Positions 1 to 10,539 are shown, counted from the first letter of the stretch. The stretch: 64,000 nt of DNA from Desulfatiglandales bacterium (GCA_963666345.1 OY762721.1:3616001-3680000), one strand, 5' to 3'. Translations and numbers: made by a program. The notes: generated from the letters alone by a model not told the origin.

Positions 1-722
1 TAACAGGTGGTGGAAGTGGAATCGGAAAGGCAATATGCAAAAAACTCTATGATGATGGTGCAAGTGTTGTGGTTGCTGATATCTCACTGGATGGAGCTGA
101 TAAGGTTGTTTCAGAGTTGGCAGGAAATAACGGTAATGCCATTGGAATTAAAGTAGATGTCACAAAATCTAAAGAGACAGAGGAGATGACACAAAAGGTT
201 TTAGATAAATTTGGAAAAATTGATATTTTAGTAAATAATGCCGGGGGAAGCCATCCAGATAAAGGAGTATATTTTTGGGACTCAAAGGAAGAAGTATGGG
301 ATTGGACAATAGCACTTAATCTTAAAGGAGTCATAAATTCCACTAAAGCAATTATCAATAACTTCATCGAAAAAAGAGAAGGTAAAATAGTAAACATTGC
401 GTCTATAAGTGGTGTCATGGGAACTCTTACAAAAGTTGATTACTCAGCTGCAAAGGCTGCAGTGATAGGATTTACTAAAGCTCTTTCCAAAGAGGTTGCC
501 CCTTACAAAATATATGTAAATGCGGTTTCACCTGGCCCAACTGAAACGCCACTTTTTATTAGTAATACTGAAGAATTTAAAGATCGAATTCGAAATATAA
601 TTCCGCTTGGCAGATTTGGAAAACCAACCGATATTGCAGAAATGGTAGCTTATTTAGCATCGCCGAAAGCGGATTTCATAACTGGACAAAATTTTATCGT
701 TGATGGTGGTAGAAGTCTTTAA
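1..722 (+). CDS. SDR family oxidoreductase (FabG-like), 5'-truncated by window edge
   Basis: Frame open from position 3 (TGGGSGIG), NNAG, YSAAK catalytic motif, C-terminal ITGQNFIVDGG. Confidence 0.9.
   Translation, partial: TGGGSGIGKAICKKLYDDGASVVVADISLDGADKVVSELAGNNGNAIGIKVDVTKSKETEEMTQKVLDKFGKIDILVNNAGGSHPDKGVYFWDSKEEVWDWTIALNLKGVINSTKAIINNFIEKREGKIVNIASISGVMGTLTKVDYSAAKAAVIGFTKALSKEVAPYKIYVNAVSPGPTETPLFISNTEEFKDRIRNIIPLGRFGKPTDIAEMVAYLASPKADFITGQNFIVDGGRSL
3..240 (+). repeat. 238-bp direct repeat, copy 1 (SDR 5' half)
   Basis: Matches 1124-1361 with one mismatch seen (A167 vs G1288, synonymous Lys). Confidence 0.95.
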
Positions 723-740
723 TTCCAAAGGGGGTAAAAA

Positions 741-1079
741 ATGAAAAGCCAGGCCATAAATGATACTGAAAATGTTTATTTGCTTGTCAGAGTAACCATT
801 GCACCAAACCTAATCAAGGAATTTAATGACTTTTGGTCATCAGAGATCTTAGCTTTTTGGGAGAAATATGGGGCAAGTCATATCCGGTCATTTATCTATA
901 GTGTTGGTGGCCCAAGCAATCAACTCCTAAGGCTTTTTAAATTTGATAATTACGAAACATTTGGGAAGTTTAGAGAGGCACTTCGAAACACAGAAGAGGG
1001 AAGAGATATTTTGAAGATACTCTACTCAAAGAAATGGGATATTGTTGTAAAAATGAGTTTATTAAAGGCAATACTTTAA
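741..1079 (+). CDS. NIPSNAP-like small protein
   Basis: 112 aa with RBS (GGGGG); pattern resembles NIPSNAP dimeric alpha/beta barrel (VGGPSNQLLRLFKFDNYE). Confidence 0.55.
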   Translation: MKSQAINDTENVYLLVRVTIAPNLIKEFNDFWSSEILAFWEKYGASHIRSFIYSVGGPSNQLLRLFKFDNYETFGKFREALRNTEEGRDILKILYSKKWDIVVKMSLLKAIL

Positions 1080-1093
1080 AAAAAGGAGATGCC

Positions 1094-1843
1094 ATGTCAT
1101 TTCAATATAAAGTAGCGATTGTCACAGGTGGTGGAAGTGGAATCGGAAAGGCAATATGCAAAAAACTCTATGATGATGGTGCAAGTGTTGTGGTTGCTGA
1201 TATCTCACTGGATGGAGCTGATAAGGTTGTTTCAGAGTTGGCAGGAAATAACGGTAATGCCATTGGAATTAAAGTAGATGTCACAAAGTCTAAAGAGACA
1301 GAGGAGATGACACAAAAGGTTTTAGATAAATTTGGAAAAATTGATATTTTAGTAAATAATGTCGGAGGAACTCCTAGAGAAAAAGGCGGTCTTTTTCATG
1401 AATTGGAGGAAGGCATTTGGGATTGGCAGATAGATTTGAATTTAAAGTCAGTTCGAAACTGTACAAGGTCAATTATAGGACATATGATTGAAAGAAAAGC
1501 TGGGAAGATTGTTAACATTGCATCTGTTGCTGGTGTTAAGGGAACGCCGTCAAGAGTAGAATATTCAACTGCGAAGGCTGGCGTTATTGGTTTTACCATT
1601 GCTCTGGCGAAAGAAGTAGCTCAGTTTAATATAAATGTTAACTCTGTTTCACCTGGGCCTGTTGAAACCCCTCTTCTCAAGGCGGCTTCTTTGGAAAGAA
1701 GGGAAAACCTGCTAAATTCATTATATATAAAGCGATTTGGAGAACCTTGGGAAATAGCTGAAATGGTAGCGTACCTTGCATCAGAAAGCGCAGATTTTAT
1801 TACTGGACAAAACTATATCGTAGACGGAGGAAGAACGTTATAA
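1094..1843 (+). CDS. SDR family oxidoreductase (FabG-like)
   Basis: AGGAG RBS before ATG 1094; VAIVTGGGSGIG, YSTAK, ITGQNYIVDGG. Confidence 0.9.
   Translation: MSFQYKVAIVTGGGSGIGKAICKKLYDDGASVVVADISLDGADKVVSELAGNNGNAIGIKVDVTKSKETEEMTQKVLDKFGKIDILVNNVGGTPREKGGLFHELEEGIWDWQIDLNLKSVRNCTRSIIGHMIERKAGKIVNIASVAGVKGTPSRVEYSTAKAGVIGFTIALAKEVAQFNINVNSVSPGPVETPLLKAASLERRENLLNSLYIKRFGEPWEIAEMVAYLASESADFITGQNYIVDGGRTL
1124..1361 (+). repeat. 238-bp direct repeat, copy 2
   Basis: Near-identical to 3-240; similarity drops right after the NN codons. Confidence 0.95.
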
Positions 1844-2229
1844 AGTTAAATCAAAATAATTTGATAAGATAACATTTAAAATTAGATAAATAAGATAACC
1901 ATATATTAAAGGTTTGGAGAAGCGATGCCACCAGGATGGTTTATAGAGGCAAGGTAAAAATAGACTATGGTTCAAAAAAAGTCTATTTGAAGTGATTAGC
2001 ACCTTATTGGGGTATGGGTTATCTGACTCAATATCTGGGGAAGAAAAGGCTGGCTAAATGGAATAGTTAATGAAACTTAGAAAAAAAAGATTTTTGAAAC
2101 AAAACGATTGGATTTTCACTCTGTTTCAATTGATTAACAAACCAAATGGCCTAAAACCGGCAATCGTTAAATTAATTATGACAAAAAGTTATTTCATATT
2201 TTATGAAAATAAAATTGGTGGTGAGAAAA

Positions 2230-4152
2230 ATGAAGCTGTTTAAAAAAATAAATATCGGCCCTATGGAACTAAAGAACAGAATCGTAATGCCGGCAATGCA
2301 CACTGGCTTTGGTTCCGACGAAGGATACGTCACAGATAGGATGATACGCTATTATGAAGAAAGGGCAAAAGGAGGTGTAGCCTTAATCATTGTTGAATTT
2401 ACTGCTGTTGAAAGGAGAGGAAGATCTGCAACACATGAGCTATTAATTGATGATGACAAATATATTCCGATGCTAAGCAAGTTGGCCAGGGCAATACAGG
2501 GAAATGGAGCGAAAGCCTGTATACAATTGCATCATGGAGGAGGTAAAGTCACTGAAAGAGTAAGTAAGAATCAACCAATATGTCCATCGGTATTGGAAGA
2601 ATATAGAAATAACTATGGAAATAGACCTAGATTACTGACAAAGGGTGAGATTAGAAAATTAGTTTTGAGTTTTGGTGATGCTGCCGTAAGAGCAAAAGAA
2701 GCAGGGTTTGATTGTATTGAATTGCATTTTACCCATTCCTATCTAGTGGATCAATTTATATCTCCACGATTTAATAAAAGGAAAGATGCTTTTGGCGGAA
2801 ATATTGAAAACCGGATAAGGTTTGGATCTGAAATAATTGAGAATATAAGGAAAAGGGTAGGCAACTTTCCAATTATCTGTAGAGTTACAGGAAGCGACTA
2901 TATGAAAGGAGGAATAACAACTGAAGATGCTAAGGCAAACGCTGTTTTATTAGAACGGGCAGGTGCAGATTGCCTGCATGTCTCAGTTGGTATCTCAAAA
3001 AATGTTGTATCAACTCCCCCAATGTCGATTGAAAATGGATGTTTTGTATATCTGGCTCAACAGGTTAAAAAAGCTGTAAAACTTCCTGTTATCGCTGTAG
3101 GTAAATTAAGTGATCCTTGGCTAGCTGAAAAGGTAATAGTTGATAAAAAAGCTGATTGTATTGCTATCGGCAGAGGTTTAATTGCTGATCCCTTTTTACC
3201 GGAAAAGGTGGAAAATGGTGGAATTGAAGAAATTCAACAATGCCTCTATTGTAATCAAGGATGTATTTGCAAAGTTCTTGGAGGAGAGACTATAACCTGT
3301 GTTGTCAATCCATCTGTTGGGAAAGAAGATGCCTTTTCATATACTCAGTCTGATCATCCAAGAAGAGTACTAATAGTTGGCGGTGGACCTGCTGGAATGA
3401 AAGCTGCGATAGTTGCTAGAAGTAGAGGCCATGATGTTATATTGGCTGAAAGAAAAAGGGAATTAGGTGGTTTACTTAAATATGCAAATAGACCGCCCGG
3501 AAAAGATCAGTTTGATCAGTTGCGGATTGGGTTAATTAAGCAGATAAAGGAGTCAAAAATTGAGACGCATTTAAATCAAAATGTTGGTAAGGATTTTGTA
3601 GCCCAGATAAATCCAGATGTAATTGTTATGGCAACTGGATCTAAGCCTGTTATTCCGGTGATACCTGGGATAGAGGAAACCAAAATATACTTGCCTACTG
3701 AAATTCTGGAAATGGAACAAATCGATGCAAATTCGGCAATTATAATTGGAGGTGGCCAAACCGGTCTTGAAACTTCTGAATATCTTGCTCAAAAAGGACT
3801 GAAGGTAACAATATTGGAAATGTTATCAGAGGTTGGTGCGAATATACCCAAAAGAAATAGACAGGTTTTGTTAAATAGAATTGCTAAAGAAGAGATTAAA
3901 ATATGTGAAAATCGAAAAGTTACTGAAATCAACAAGAATGGCGTTTCCACGGTTCATTTTGGTAAGAGAGAAAAATATTATGGTGATATTTTGGTAGTGG
4001 CATCTGGAGCTAAACCTGAAAATGAATTGCTTGATGAATTGGAATCTATCTTACCCAAGCTAAAAAAATGTTTTCTAATAGGAGATTGTATTGAACCTAG
4101 AAGTGCCTTGGAAGCAATTTATGAGGGAGCTCTAGTGGGAATGGAAGTTTAA
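2230..4152 (+). CDS. NADH:flavin oxidoreductase (Old Yellow Enzyme family with 4Fe-4S and FAD domains, FadH/BaiCD-like)
   Basis: LKNRIVMPAM, RAKGGVALII, AGFDCIELH, CLYCNQGC Fe-S motif, GGGPAGM and GGGQTG Rossmann motifs. Confidence 0.88.
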   Translation: MKLFKKINIGPMELKNRIVMPAMHTGFGSDEGYVTDRMIRYYEERAKGGVALIIVEFTAVERRGRSATHELLIDDDKYIPMLSKLARAIQGNGAKACIQLHHGGGKVTERVSKNQPICPSVLEEYRNNYGNRPRLLTKGEIRKLVLSFGDAAVRAKEAGFDCIELHFTHSYLVDQFISPRFNKRKDAFGGNIENRIRFGSEIIENIRKRVGNFPIICRVTGSDYMKGGITTEDAKANAVLLERAGADCLHVSVGISKNVVSTPPMSIENGCFVYLAQQVKKAVKLPVIAVGKLSDPWLAEKVIVDKKADCIAIGRGLIADPFLPEKVENGGIEEIQQCLYCNQGCICKVLGGETITCVVNPSVGKEDAFSYTQSDHPRRVLIVGGGPAGMKAAIVARSRGHDVILAERKRELGGLLKYANRPPGKDQFDQLRIGLIKQIKESKIETHLNQNVGKDFVAQINPDVIVMATGSKPVIPVIPGIEETKIYLPTEILEMEQIDANSAIIIGGGQTGLETSEYLAQKGLKVTILEMLSEVGANIPKRNRQVLLNRIAKEEIKICENRKVTEINKNGVSTVHFGKREKYYGDILVVASGAKPENELLDELESILPKLKKCFLIGDCIEPRSALEAIYEGALVGMEV

Positions 4153-4206
4153 ATGTTTTTATAAAAAAATGCTGATATAGAAATTTGACAAAGTTTGGAG
4201 GACGAT

Positions 4207-5187
4207 TTGTACTATCCAAAATTGCGTTTGCGTCGATTAAGGAGAACTGAGAAGTTAAGAGGGCTTATAAGGGAAACAAGGGTATCCGTCAATGATATAA
4301 TCTATCCTCTTTTTGTGATCGAGGGTGATAATCTCAAAATGCCAATTTCAGCAATGCCTGATCAGTTTAGGTTTTCAATTGATTTGTTGTTGGAAGAAAT
4401 TGGACAAGTAGAAAAGGCGGGAATCCATGCAATAATACTATTTGGGTTACCCAAAGAGAAGGATGCAATCGGCTCTCAGGCATATGCGATAGATGGAATT
4501 ATACAAAGAGCACTTCGAAGCATAAAAAAGACATTTCCAGATATTGTCGTAATAACAGATGTTTGTTTGTGTGAATACACTGATCATGGCCATTGCGGTT
4601 TTATAAGAGATAATCAGATTGATAATGACGAGTCTACTAAGCTTTTAGCTGAAATCGCCTTGTCTCATGCACAGGCTGGGGCAGACATTGTTGCGCCTTC
4701 AGCTATGATGGATGGTCAAGTTGCCGAAATTAGGAAAAAATTAGATGAAAACGGTTTTCAAGAAACTGGAATAATGGCTTACTCGGCAAAATTTTCTTCG
4801 GCTTTCTATGGCCCTTTCCGGGAAGCTGCTGATTCATGCCCGAAATTTGGAGACAGGAAAAGTTATCAAATGGACATGGCAAACGGGAGGGAAGCCTTAA
4901 GGGAGGTTGAGTTAGATATAGCTGAGGGTGCTGATATGGTTATGATTAAGCCAGCACTCCCTTTTTTGGATGTAATTTATCGCGTCAGACAAATTTGCCA
5001 TTGTCCGATAGTCGCCTACAACGTCAGTGGTGAATATGCAATCATTAAGGCTGGAGGTTCAGCAAATTGGATTGACTATAAAGAAGCAATGTTAGAATGC
5101 ATGATATGTATCAAAAGGGCTGGTGCAGATCTAATTATTACCTATTTTGCCAAGGAATTAGCAAAATATCTGAATGAAGTAGAATAA
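4207..5187 (+). CDS. hemB: porphobilinogen synthase (delta-aminolevulinate dehydratase)
   Basis: RLRRLR N-terminus, DVCLCEYTDHGHCG Zn site, YGPFREAA, MIKPA, AYNVSGEY; TTG 4207 follows GGAGGA. Confidence 0.95.
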   Translation: MYYPKLRLRRLRRTEKLRGLIRETRVSVNDIIYPLFVIEGDNLKMPISAMPDQFRFSIDLLLEEIGQVEKAGIHAIILFGLPKEKDAIGSQAYAIDGIIQRALRSIKKTFPDIVVITDVCLCEYTDHGHCGFIRDNQIDNDESTKLLAEIALSHAQAGADIVAPSAMMDGQVAEIRKKLDENGFQETGIMAYSAKFSSAFYGPFREAADSCPKFGDRKSYQMDMANGREALREVELDIAEGADMVMIKPALPFLDVIYRVRQICHCPIVAYNVSGEYAIIKAGGSANWIDYKEAMLECMICIKRAGADLIITYFAKELAKYLNEVE

Positions 5188-5335
5188 ATAAACCTGGAAT
5201 ATTTTATAAATTGAATTATCTGATATAGATTGCAAATTGAAAAATTATTTAAGTTGTTTGATAAAAAAATATGCAAAGATATACGCAATAATAAGATGAT
5301 TTTAAAAGATCGAAATTGGTAAAAGGGCTTGGAGT

Positions 5336-6160
5336 ATGGCATTTTTACATATTGATAGGAAGAAATGTATTCAGGACGGTATTTGTGTTTCTGTCTGTCC
5401 TTCCCGTGTTATCCATATGAGACCAGAGGATGATTATCCTTCTGCTAAAAGGGAATTTGAAGAATTTTGCCTTAAATGTGGTCACTGTGTTGCGGTCTGT
5501 CCCTCTGGAGCTTTTAGTCTTGACTGGCTTTCACCTGAACAGTGTGAAGGCATTGAGGATATATTAAACATAACACCTGAGCAGGCTTGGCAATTTCTCT
5601 GTAAAAGACGATCCATCAGGAGATTCAAAAAAAATGCTGTCCCTCGATCTGTAATTTTTAACCTCCTTGAGGGGGCTTGTTTAGCTCCTTCAGCCAAAAA
5701 CCGGCAGCTCTGGCAGTGGGTTGTTGTAGAGAACCATTCAGAGGTTCAAAGGCTTGCCAATTTGGTTATCAGGTGGATGAAAAAAGTTATAAGAGAGAAT
5801 CCTAAACTTGCAAAAGAGAGAGGTTTTGAGCGTGCTGTTACCTTGTGGATGGAAGGAAATGACATTATTTGTCGAGGTGCACCTGATATCATAGTAGTTC
5901 ACGGCCAAAATGACTGGGGTTATGGGCCTGAGGACTGTGCCCTTGCTCTTAGCCAACTTAGTTTATATGCAACTAGTATGGGGCTGGGTTCCTGCTGGGG
6001 TGGGTATTTTTTTAAGGCAGTGAATTCTTATCTTCCTTTGTTCAAAGCACTAGATCTGCCTGAAGGCAATAGGGTTTTCGGAGCAATGATGGTGGGCTAC
6101 CCAAAATTTGAATATAGTCGTATTCCAGTACGCAATAAACCTCGTGTTAATTGGTTGTGA
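5336..6160 (+). CDS. nitroreductase family protein with N-terminal 4Fe-4S ferredoxin domain
   Basis: CIQDGICVSVCP and CLKCGHCVAVCP, RRSIRRF, APSAKN, GLGSCWGG. Confidence 0.88.
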   Translation: MAFLHIDRKKCIQDGICVSVCPSRVIHMRPEDDYPSAKREFEEFCLKCGHCVAVCPSGAFSLDWLSPEQCEGIEDILNITPEQAWQFLCKRRSIRRFKKNAVPRSVIFNLLEGACLAPSAKNRQLWQWVVVENHSEVQRLANLVIRWMKKVIRENPKLAKERGFERAVTLWMEGNDIICRGAPDIIVVHGQNDWGYGPEDCALALSQLSLYATSMGLGSCWGGYFFKAVNSYLPLFKALDLPEGNRVFGAMMVGYPKFEYSRIPVRNKPRVNWL

Positions 6161-6203
6161 TGCTCAATTCTAATAATTAGCGATACCTCTATTTTTATTT
6201 ATG

Positions 6204-6328
6204 CCTAGAAAACCCCGCCCTTTGGGTGGGGTGAGAGTAATTAGGCTTCGCCTGTAAAATGTTTTTGAAATCGCGGTGGCGAAGCCATGAATCGGGCGAA
6301 AAGCCATGGCCTCTGGCCGTGGATAGTC
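6204..6328. mobile_element. miniature non-autonomous IS200/IS605-like remnant (two end hairpins, no gene)
   Basis: AAACCCCGCCCTTTGGGTGGGG (~6209-6231) and AAGCCATGGCCTCTGGCCGTGG (6301-6322) resemble IS200/IS605 subterminal hairpins. Confidence 0.5.
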
Positions 6329-6415
6329 CGATTCAAGCGATTTCTTTACTTTATCTGAAAGTAAGATGTTAATTATAAAAATCATTTGTCATATAGATTG
6401 CTAGCTGGAGGAAAC

Positions 6416-7255
6416 ATGGGTAAAAGGATAATCATTACTGTGGCAGTTACAGGTTCCTTCCCGACTAAGGAAATGAATCCAGGGGTGCCTTATTCACCCA
6501 AAGAGATTGCAAAAGCGGCGGTTGAAAGTAATAAAGCTGGGGCATCTATTGCCCATATCCATGTTAGGGATCCTGAGACAGGAAAACCCGCATACGATAA
6601 AAAATTATTTAAAGAAGTCTTGGAACGTATCCGTGAAAAATGCAGCATGATAGTAAATTTGACAACAAGCGGTTTGAGGCTCACTGGCTCAGATGTTATC
6701 AAAAAGCGACTGCAACCAGTGGAACTTGAGCCTGAAATGTGCTCTTTGGACTTGGGTTCTATGAATTTCCATAATAAAGTATTCAATAACCCCCCTCAGT
6801 GGGGAGAGGAAGCTGCAAAAAGTATGCAGCGTGTTGGAGTAAAACCAGAGATAGAGGTATTTGAAGTAGGTCATATACGACAAGCCTTATACCTTATTGA
6901 ACAAGGATTTATAGATCCTCCACCATATTTTCAGCTCTGCATGGGTGTCAGATGGGGCATTGATGCTACAATTGAAAGCCTTCTTTTTATGAAAAGCAAA
7001 TTACCACCTGATGCACCATGGAGTGTCCTTGGTATTGGAGCGAGTCAAATACCCATGATCAACACTGGTATCCTTTTGGGGGGTAACATCAGGGTAGGCT
7101 TTGAGGACAATATTTACCTAGCAAAGAATAAGTTAGCTATTAATAATGCTCAAATGGTTGAAGTAGCAAGTGATTTAGCAGAACGTTTGGGAAGAAATGT
7201 TGTTGATGCCGATGAAGCGCGCGATATGCTAGGAATAAAAACGAATGGTGCCTAG
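6416..7255 (+). CDS. 3-keto-5-aminohexanoate cleavage enzyme family (BKACE/DUF849)
   Basis: [48 protein letters not shown] before ATG 6416. Confidence 0.9.
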   Translation: MGKRIIITVAVTGSFPTKEMNPGVPYSPKEIAKAAVESNKAGASIAHIHVRDPETGKPAYDKKLFKEVLERIREKCSMIVNLTTSGLRLTGSDVIKKRLQPVELEPEMCSLDLGSMNFHNKVFNNPPQWGEEAAKSMQRVGVKPEIEVFEVGHIRQALYLIEQGFIDPPPYFQLCMGVRWGIDATIESLLFMKSKLPPDAPWSVLGIGASQIPMINTGILLGGNIRVGFEDNIYLAKNKLAINNAQMVEVASDLAERLGRNVVDADEARDMLGIKTNGA

Positions 7256-7474
7256 AATTTTATCTATTTTTAGGTCAAGATATAGCAAATTCTAGGGTGC
7301 TTTTTAATGCTCTTTTTTAGTCAAGACCGATAGTTTATAATAATTAGGTTTTAAAAATAAGAATATAATTTGCAAGGATATTTTAAAAAAAGTTATATGA
7401 CCATGGCAAACGGAAAAAGTCATTATTTGCTTCTAAAGCGCATATGAGTTAAGTATTACCCAGGAGGGCTATTA

Positions 7475-7966
7475 ATGGAATATGATGGACGTTTAAAAGG
7501 AAAGAAAATACTAATAGTTGATGATGAGCCGGATGTATTGGCGACACTCGAAGAAATTCTAGATATGTGTGATTTAGTAAAATCAACCAATTTCGAAGAT
7601 TCAAAACGCTTAGTTGAGACCGAGAGCTATGATATCGTTATTCTGGATATTATGGGGGTTGACGGTTACAGGCTTTTAAATATTGCCAATAAAAGAAAAT
7701 TAACTGCTGTAATGCTAACTGCACATGCCTTAGACCCTGAAAATGCTGCTAAATCTTTTAATGAGGGGGCTTCATTCTATGTTCCGAAAGATAAGATTGG
7801 AAGCATTGCCAGTTATCTTGAGGACGTACTTGAAGCGAAAGAATCTGGTAAAAGTACTTGGTGGAGTTGGCTTGAGAGGATAGGAAACAATTATTTTGTA
7901 GACAGATTTGGGCCTAATTGGAAGGATCAGGACAAGGAGTTCTGGAAGAAACTTGATTATCACTAA
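7475..7966 (+). CDS. single receiver-domain response regulator with Trp-rich tail
   Basis: ILIVDDEPD, ILDIMG phosphoacceptor, MLTAH; paralog at 55787-56308. Confidence 0.85.
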   Translation: MEYDGRLKGKKILIVDDEPDVLATLEEILDMCDLVKSTNFEDSKRLVETESYDIVILDIMGVDGYRLLNIANKRKLTAVMLTAHALDPENAAKSFNEGASFYVPKDKIGSIASYLEDVLEAKESGKSTWWSWLERIGNNYFVDRFGPNWKDQDKEFWKKLDYH

Positions 7967-8039
7967 TCTGCAGTAGCTAAAATATGGTCGAAGCTTTTTG
8001 TTCTTCTTGAGTTTCTGAGCCGATTATATCTAGAAATTA

Positions 8040-8805
8040 TCAGCAATTTCCGGTTAGGTACTTGCATAAGGGTTTGAGTTTATTGAAGTCGGTTCCGATT
8101 ATTTCGGTAGAGCCTTCACGAAGCTCATTTTGGATTTGAATCCGAAGTTGTCGCACTCTCTTTATGCTGACTTTTTCGTTGTGCTGCTCGCAGCAGTAGA
8201 CGGAAAGCAGTATGTAGGTGATCAAACCGGCGAGTATTTGGGCCATCAAGCCATAGCGACTCCTGGCAATCAGATGGTAGACTCGAAGGTGGCGCTTCCA
8301 CCATCCGAAAAATTTCTCGATGTCCCATCTGAGCTTGTAGATGAAAGCAATTTGGTCAGCAGAAAGGTCGTATCGGCTTGTTGCAACCCAGTATTTTATG
8401 CCATCTACTACATATCCGACGACCCTGACAGGCTTTTTGGTCTGGTTGACTCCGGCGGTGCCGAGCAAGAGGATCGCATCGTAGAGACCACCGCCGTTAG
8501 GTTTGATCGGTTTGGCTTCAATGCAGGCTTTGCGTGTCTTGGCTTTGATACGGCATACAAAATGTTTTTTCTCCTCCTGCCATTGGTCAAACAGGTCGTG
8601 AGCCTTATACCCTAGGTCCAGAACACCTGTGTGCCCCGGAGAAAGAATCATTGAAACGAAGGGTCGTTGCGGGCCCTTGTCATCAGTGAGGAACACCTTG
8701 CGTGGAATCGAAAGGTTCAAGAGTCAAAGCCGATATGCACTTTGGCCTTCTTTGAGCCCTTTCTGTAGTCGGCCCGGTTCATTGAAAGCGATGCATCAAT
8801 CAATT
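8040..8805 (-). pseudogene. IS4-family transposase, 5'-truncated and frameshifted
   Basis: YKLRWDIEKFF (YREK-type motif); upstream frame LIDASLSM..DYRKGSKKAKVHIGFD joins by a frameshift near 8721; N-terminus missing. Confidence 0.8.
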
Positions 8806-8836
8806 ATCCGCCGATATCTAGTTTTTAGTGGCAATT

Positions 8837-8860
8837 TCTGTGTGAGAATCTGTGTGAGAA
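8837..8860 (+). repeat. tandem 12-bp direct repeat TCTGTGTGAGAA x2 (putative integrase arm-type sites)
   Basis: Exact duplication ~115 bp upstream of the tRNA fragment; the function is inferred. Confidence 0.6.
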
Positions 8861-8925
8861 AAACCTTCCAAAATCAGCAAAAACGTGGAAAATCTGCTAA
8901 AATCACTAAAAGTCAAAACCAATAA

Positions 8926-8938
8926 AATCAATTAGTTA
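8926..8938 (+). promoter_or_regulatory. IHF-binding consensus site
   Basis: AATCAATTAGTTA matches WATCAANNNNTTR; lies between the arm repeats and the att core. Confidence 0.55.
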
Positions 8939-8975
8939 AGTCTTTTGAGGAGGTTAGGAAACCAGGGGTTCATGG

Positions 8976-9020
<45 letters not shown>

Positions 9021-9028
9021 GTATTAGC

Positions 9029-9066
9029 AAAGGCTTTCACCGTATTAACGGCTGAAGGCTTTTTTT
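9029..9066 (+). terminator. rho-independent terminator after the tRNA fragment
   Basis: GCTTTCA-CCGT..ACGG-CTGAAGGC stem followed by a T run. Confidence 0.65.
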
Positions 9067-9346
9067 ATTTTATTGTCCATGAAAGCGCCTGTGTAATCAA
9101 ATTATAAAAATCCAGTTACAAACCAGCCTTAAAATAAAAACCCTCGATCTTTATCTTACGGATTTACCTTGTTAAATAATCAAAGCCTAACATCTTGACA
9201 AAAAGGGATATAAGTATGAACATGTCAAGCGTTCATTTATTTATGCTTGTCTGCATTAAATAAATACAATCGGAGGTATTCATTAGGCAATAAGACCCCG
9301 TTTCTTGGAAAGAGAGGTGGGGTTTTGTATTTTATAAGGATTAAAA

Positions 9347-10539
9347 ATGAACAATGCATTGTTTGAACAACTCCTATATGAAGAAGAAAGTAACACACTG
9401 GATTTTAAAGAAAAACAATATCGCTTTGCTAGGGCGACTAATGAAGAAAAGTCAGAGATTTTAAAGGACATTCTAGGTTTCGCAAATGCTTGGCGCCGAT
9501 CAGATGCCTACATTATCGTCGGTGTCAAAGAAATTAGGGGAGGGCGAAGCGTTGTCGTTGGCATATCAGCAAACGAGCATTTGGACGAGCATTCACTCCA
9601 GCAATTCGTTAATCACCTTACTAATCAACCAATTCATTTTAGCTATGAAGCATTTGGATTTGAGGGAAAACAGGTTGGGATAATCAAAATTGGTGCACAA
9701 AATCGACCCGTTTATCTCAGAAGAGACTATGGAAGGCTTAAAAAAGAAAAAGTCTTCATTCGCCGAGGAAGTTCAACAGATCCAACCAGCCCTGCATCGA
9801 TAGATGAAATAGCTATGATGCGCAGCCGTTTAGAAAATCTTCCCGCAGAATTACGTATCGAGTTTGCTCATGTAAATCGGGAAGAAGCGCTCGGAACAAA
9901 AATTGATTTGGAGACTGAGTTTTGTGAAATGCCCGAAAAAAACAGCATCCCTGACTTATCAGATCAGCAAAACCAAAATCCATTTGAAATAGGGATACCT
10001 CGTCTTAGTGATTTTATGATAAATATTAATAAAGATTATTTTCGTGAATTAGCTGATTATAAATCCAATCAATGTTGGTTCAAGCCTGTCCGTTTAGTAA
10101 TAACAAACGTAGGACACCTTGCAGCTAAAAAAATATTAGTCGAAGTGACAGTACCTATAGAATCGGGGGTAATTCTGCTTGATCAAGACGATATGCCTGC
10201 CCCCCCCAAATGCATTATGATTTTTCTGACATTACCGCTATCAAAAGTAATGTGTTCTCCAATCGCAGTCCAGGTGACATTGTTATCGAGCACAATGAAA
10301 AGCAGTATAAAATTGAAATTGACTGTGGCGATCTTCAACCCGGACGCCGAATTTTTTCAGATTTTATATATATTGGGAAGATGATTAGCGGAAATTTTTG
10401 TCTGTTTGGTTTATTGTACGCCGATAATCTTCCTAGTCCAAAGGAATTTGAGCTTAATGTAGCGGTAGAGGTTACTACAACATCCATGACAGTCGATGAA
10501 TTATGTTCCCTATCTGAAAAAGCAAATAAAGACGAATAG
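9347..10539 (+). pseudogene. Schlafen/AlbA_2-domain protein, split by a frameshift at a C8 tract
   Basis: EESNTLDFKE..KDILGFANA..GV motif and RRGSST; ORFs 9347-10384 and 10210-10539 fuse if one base is added at 10200-10210. Confidence 0.75.

Noticed and set aside
8035..8807. AATTAT as target-site duplication around the IS4 fragment
   Set aside because: Short AT-rich 6-mer, and one IS end is missing
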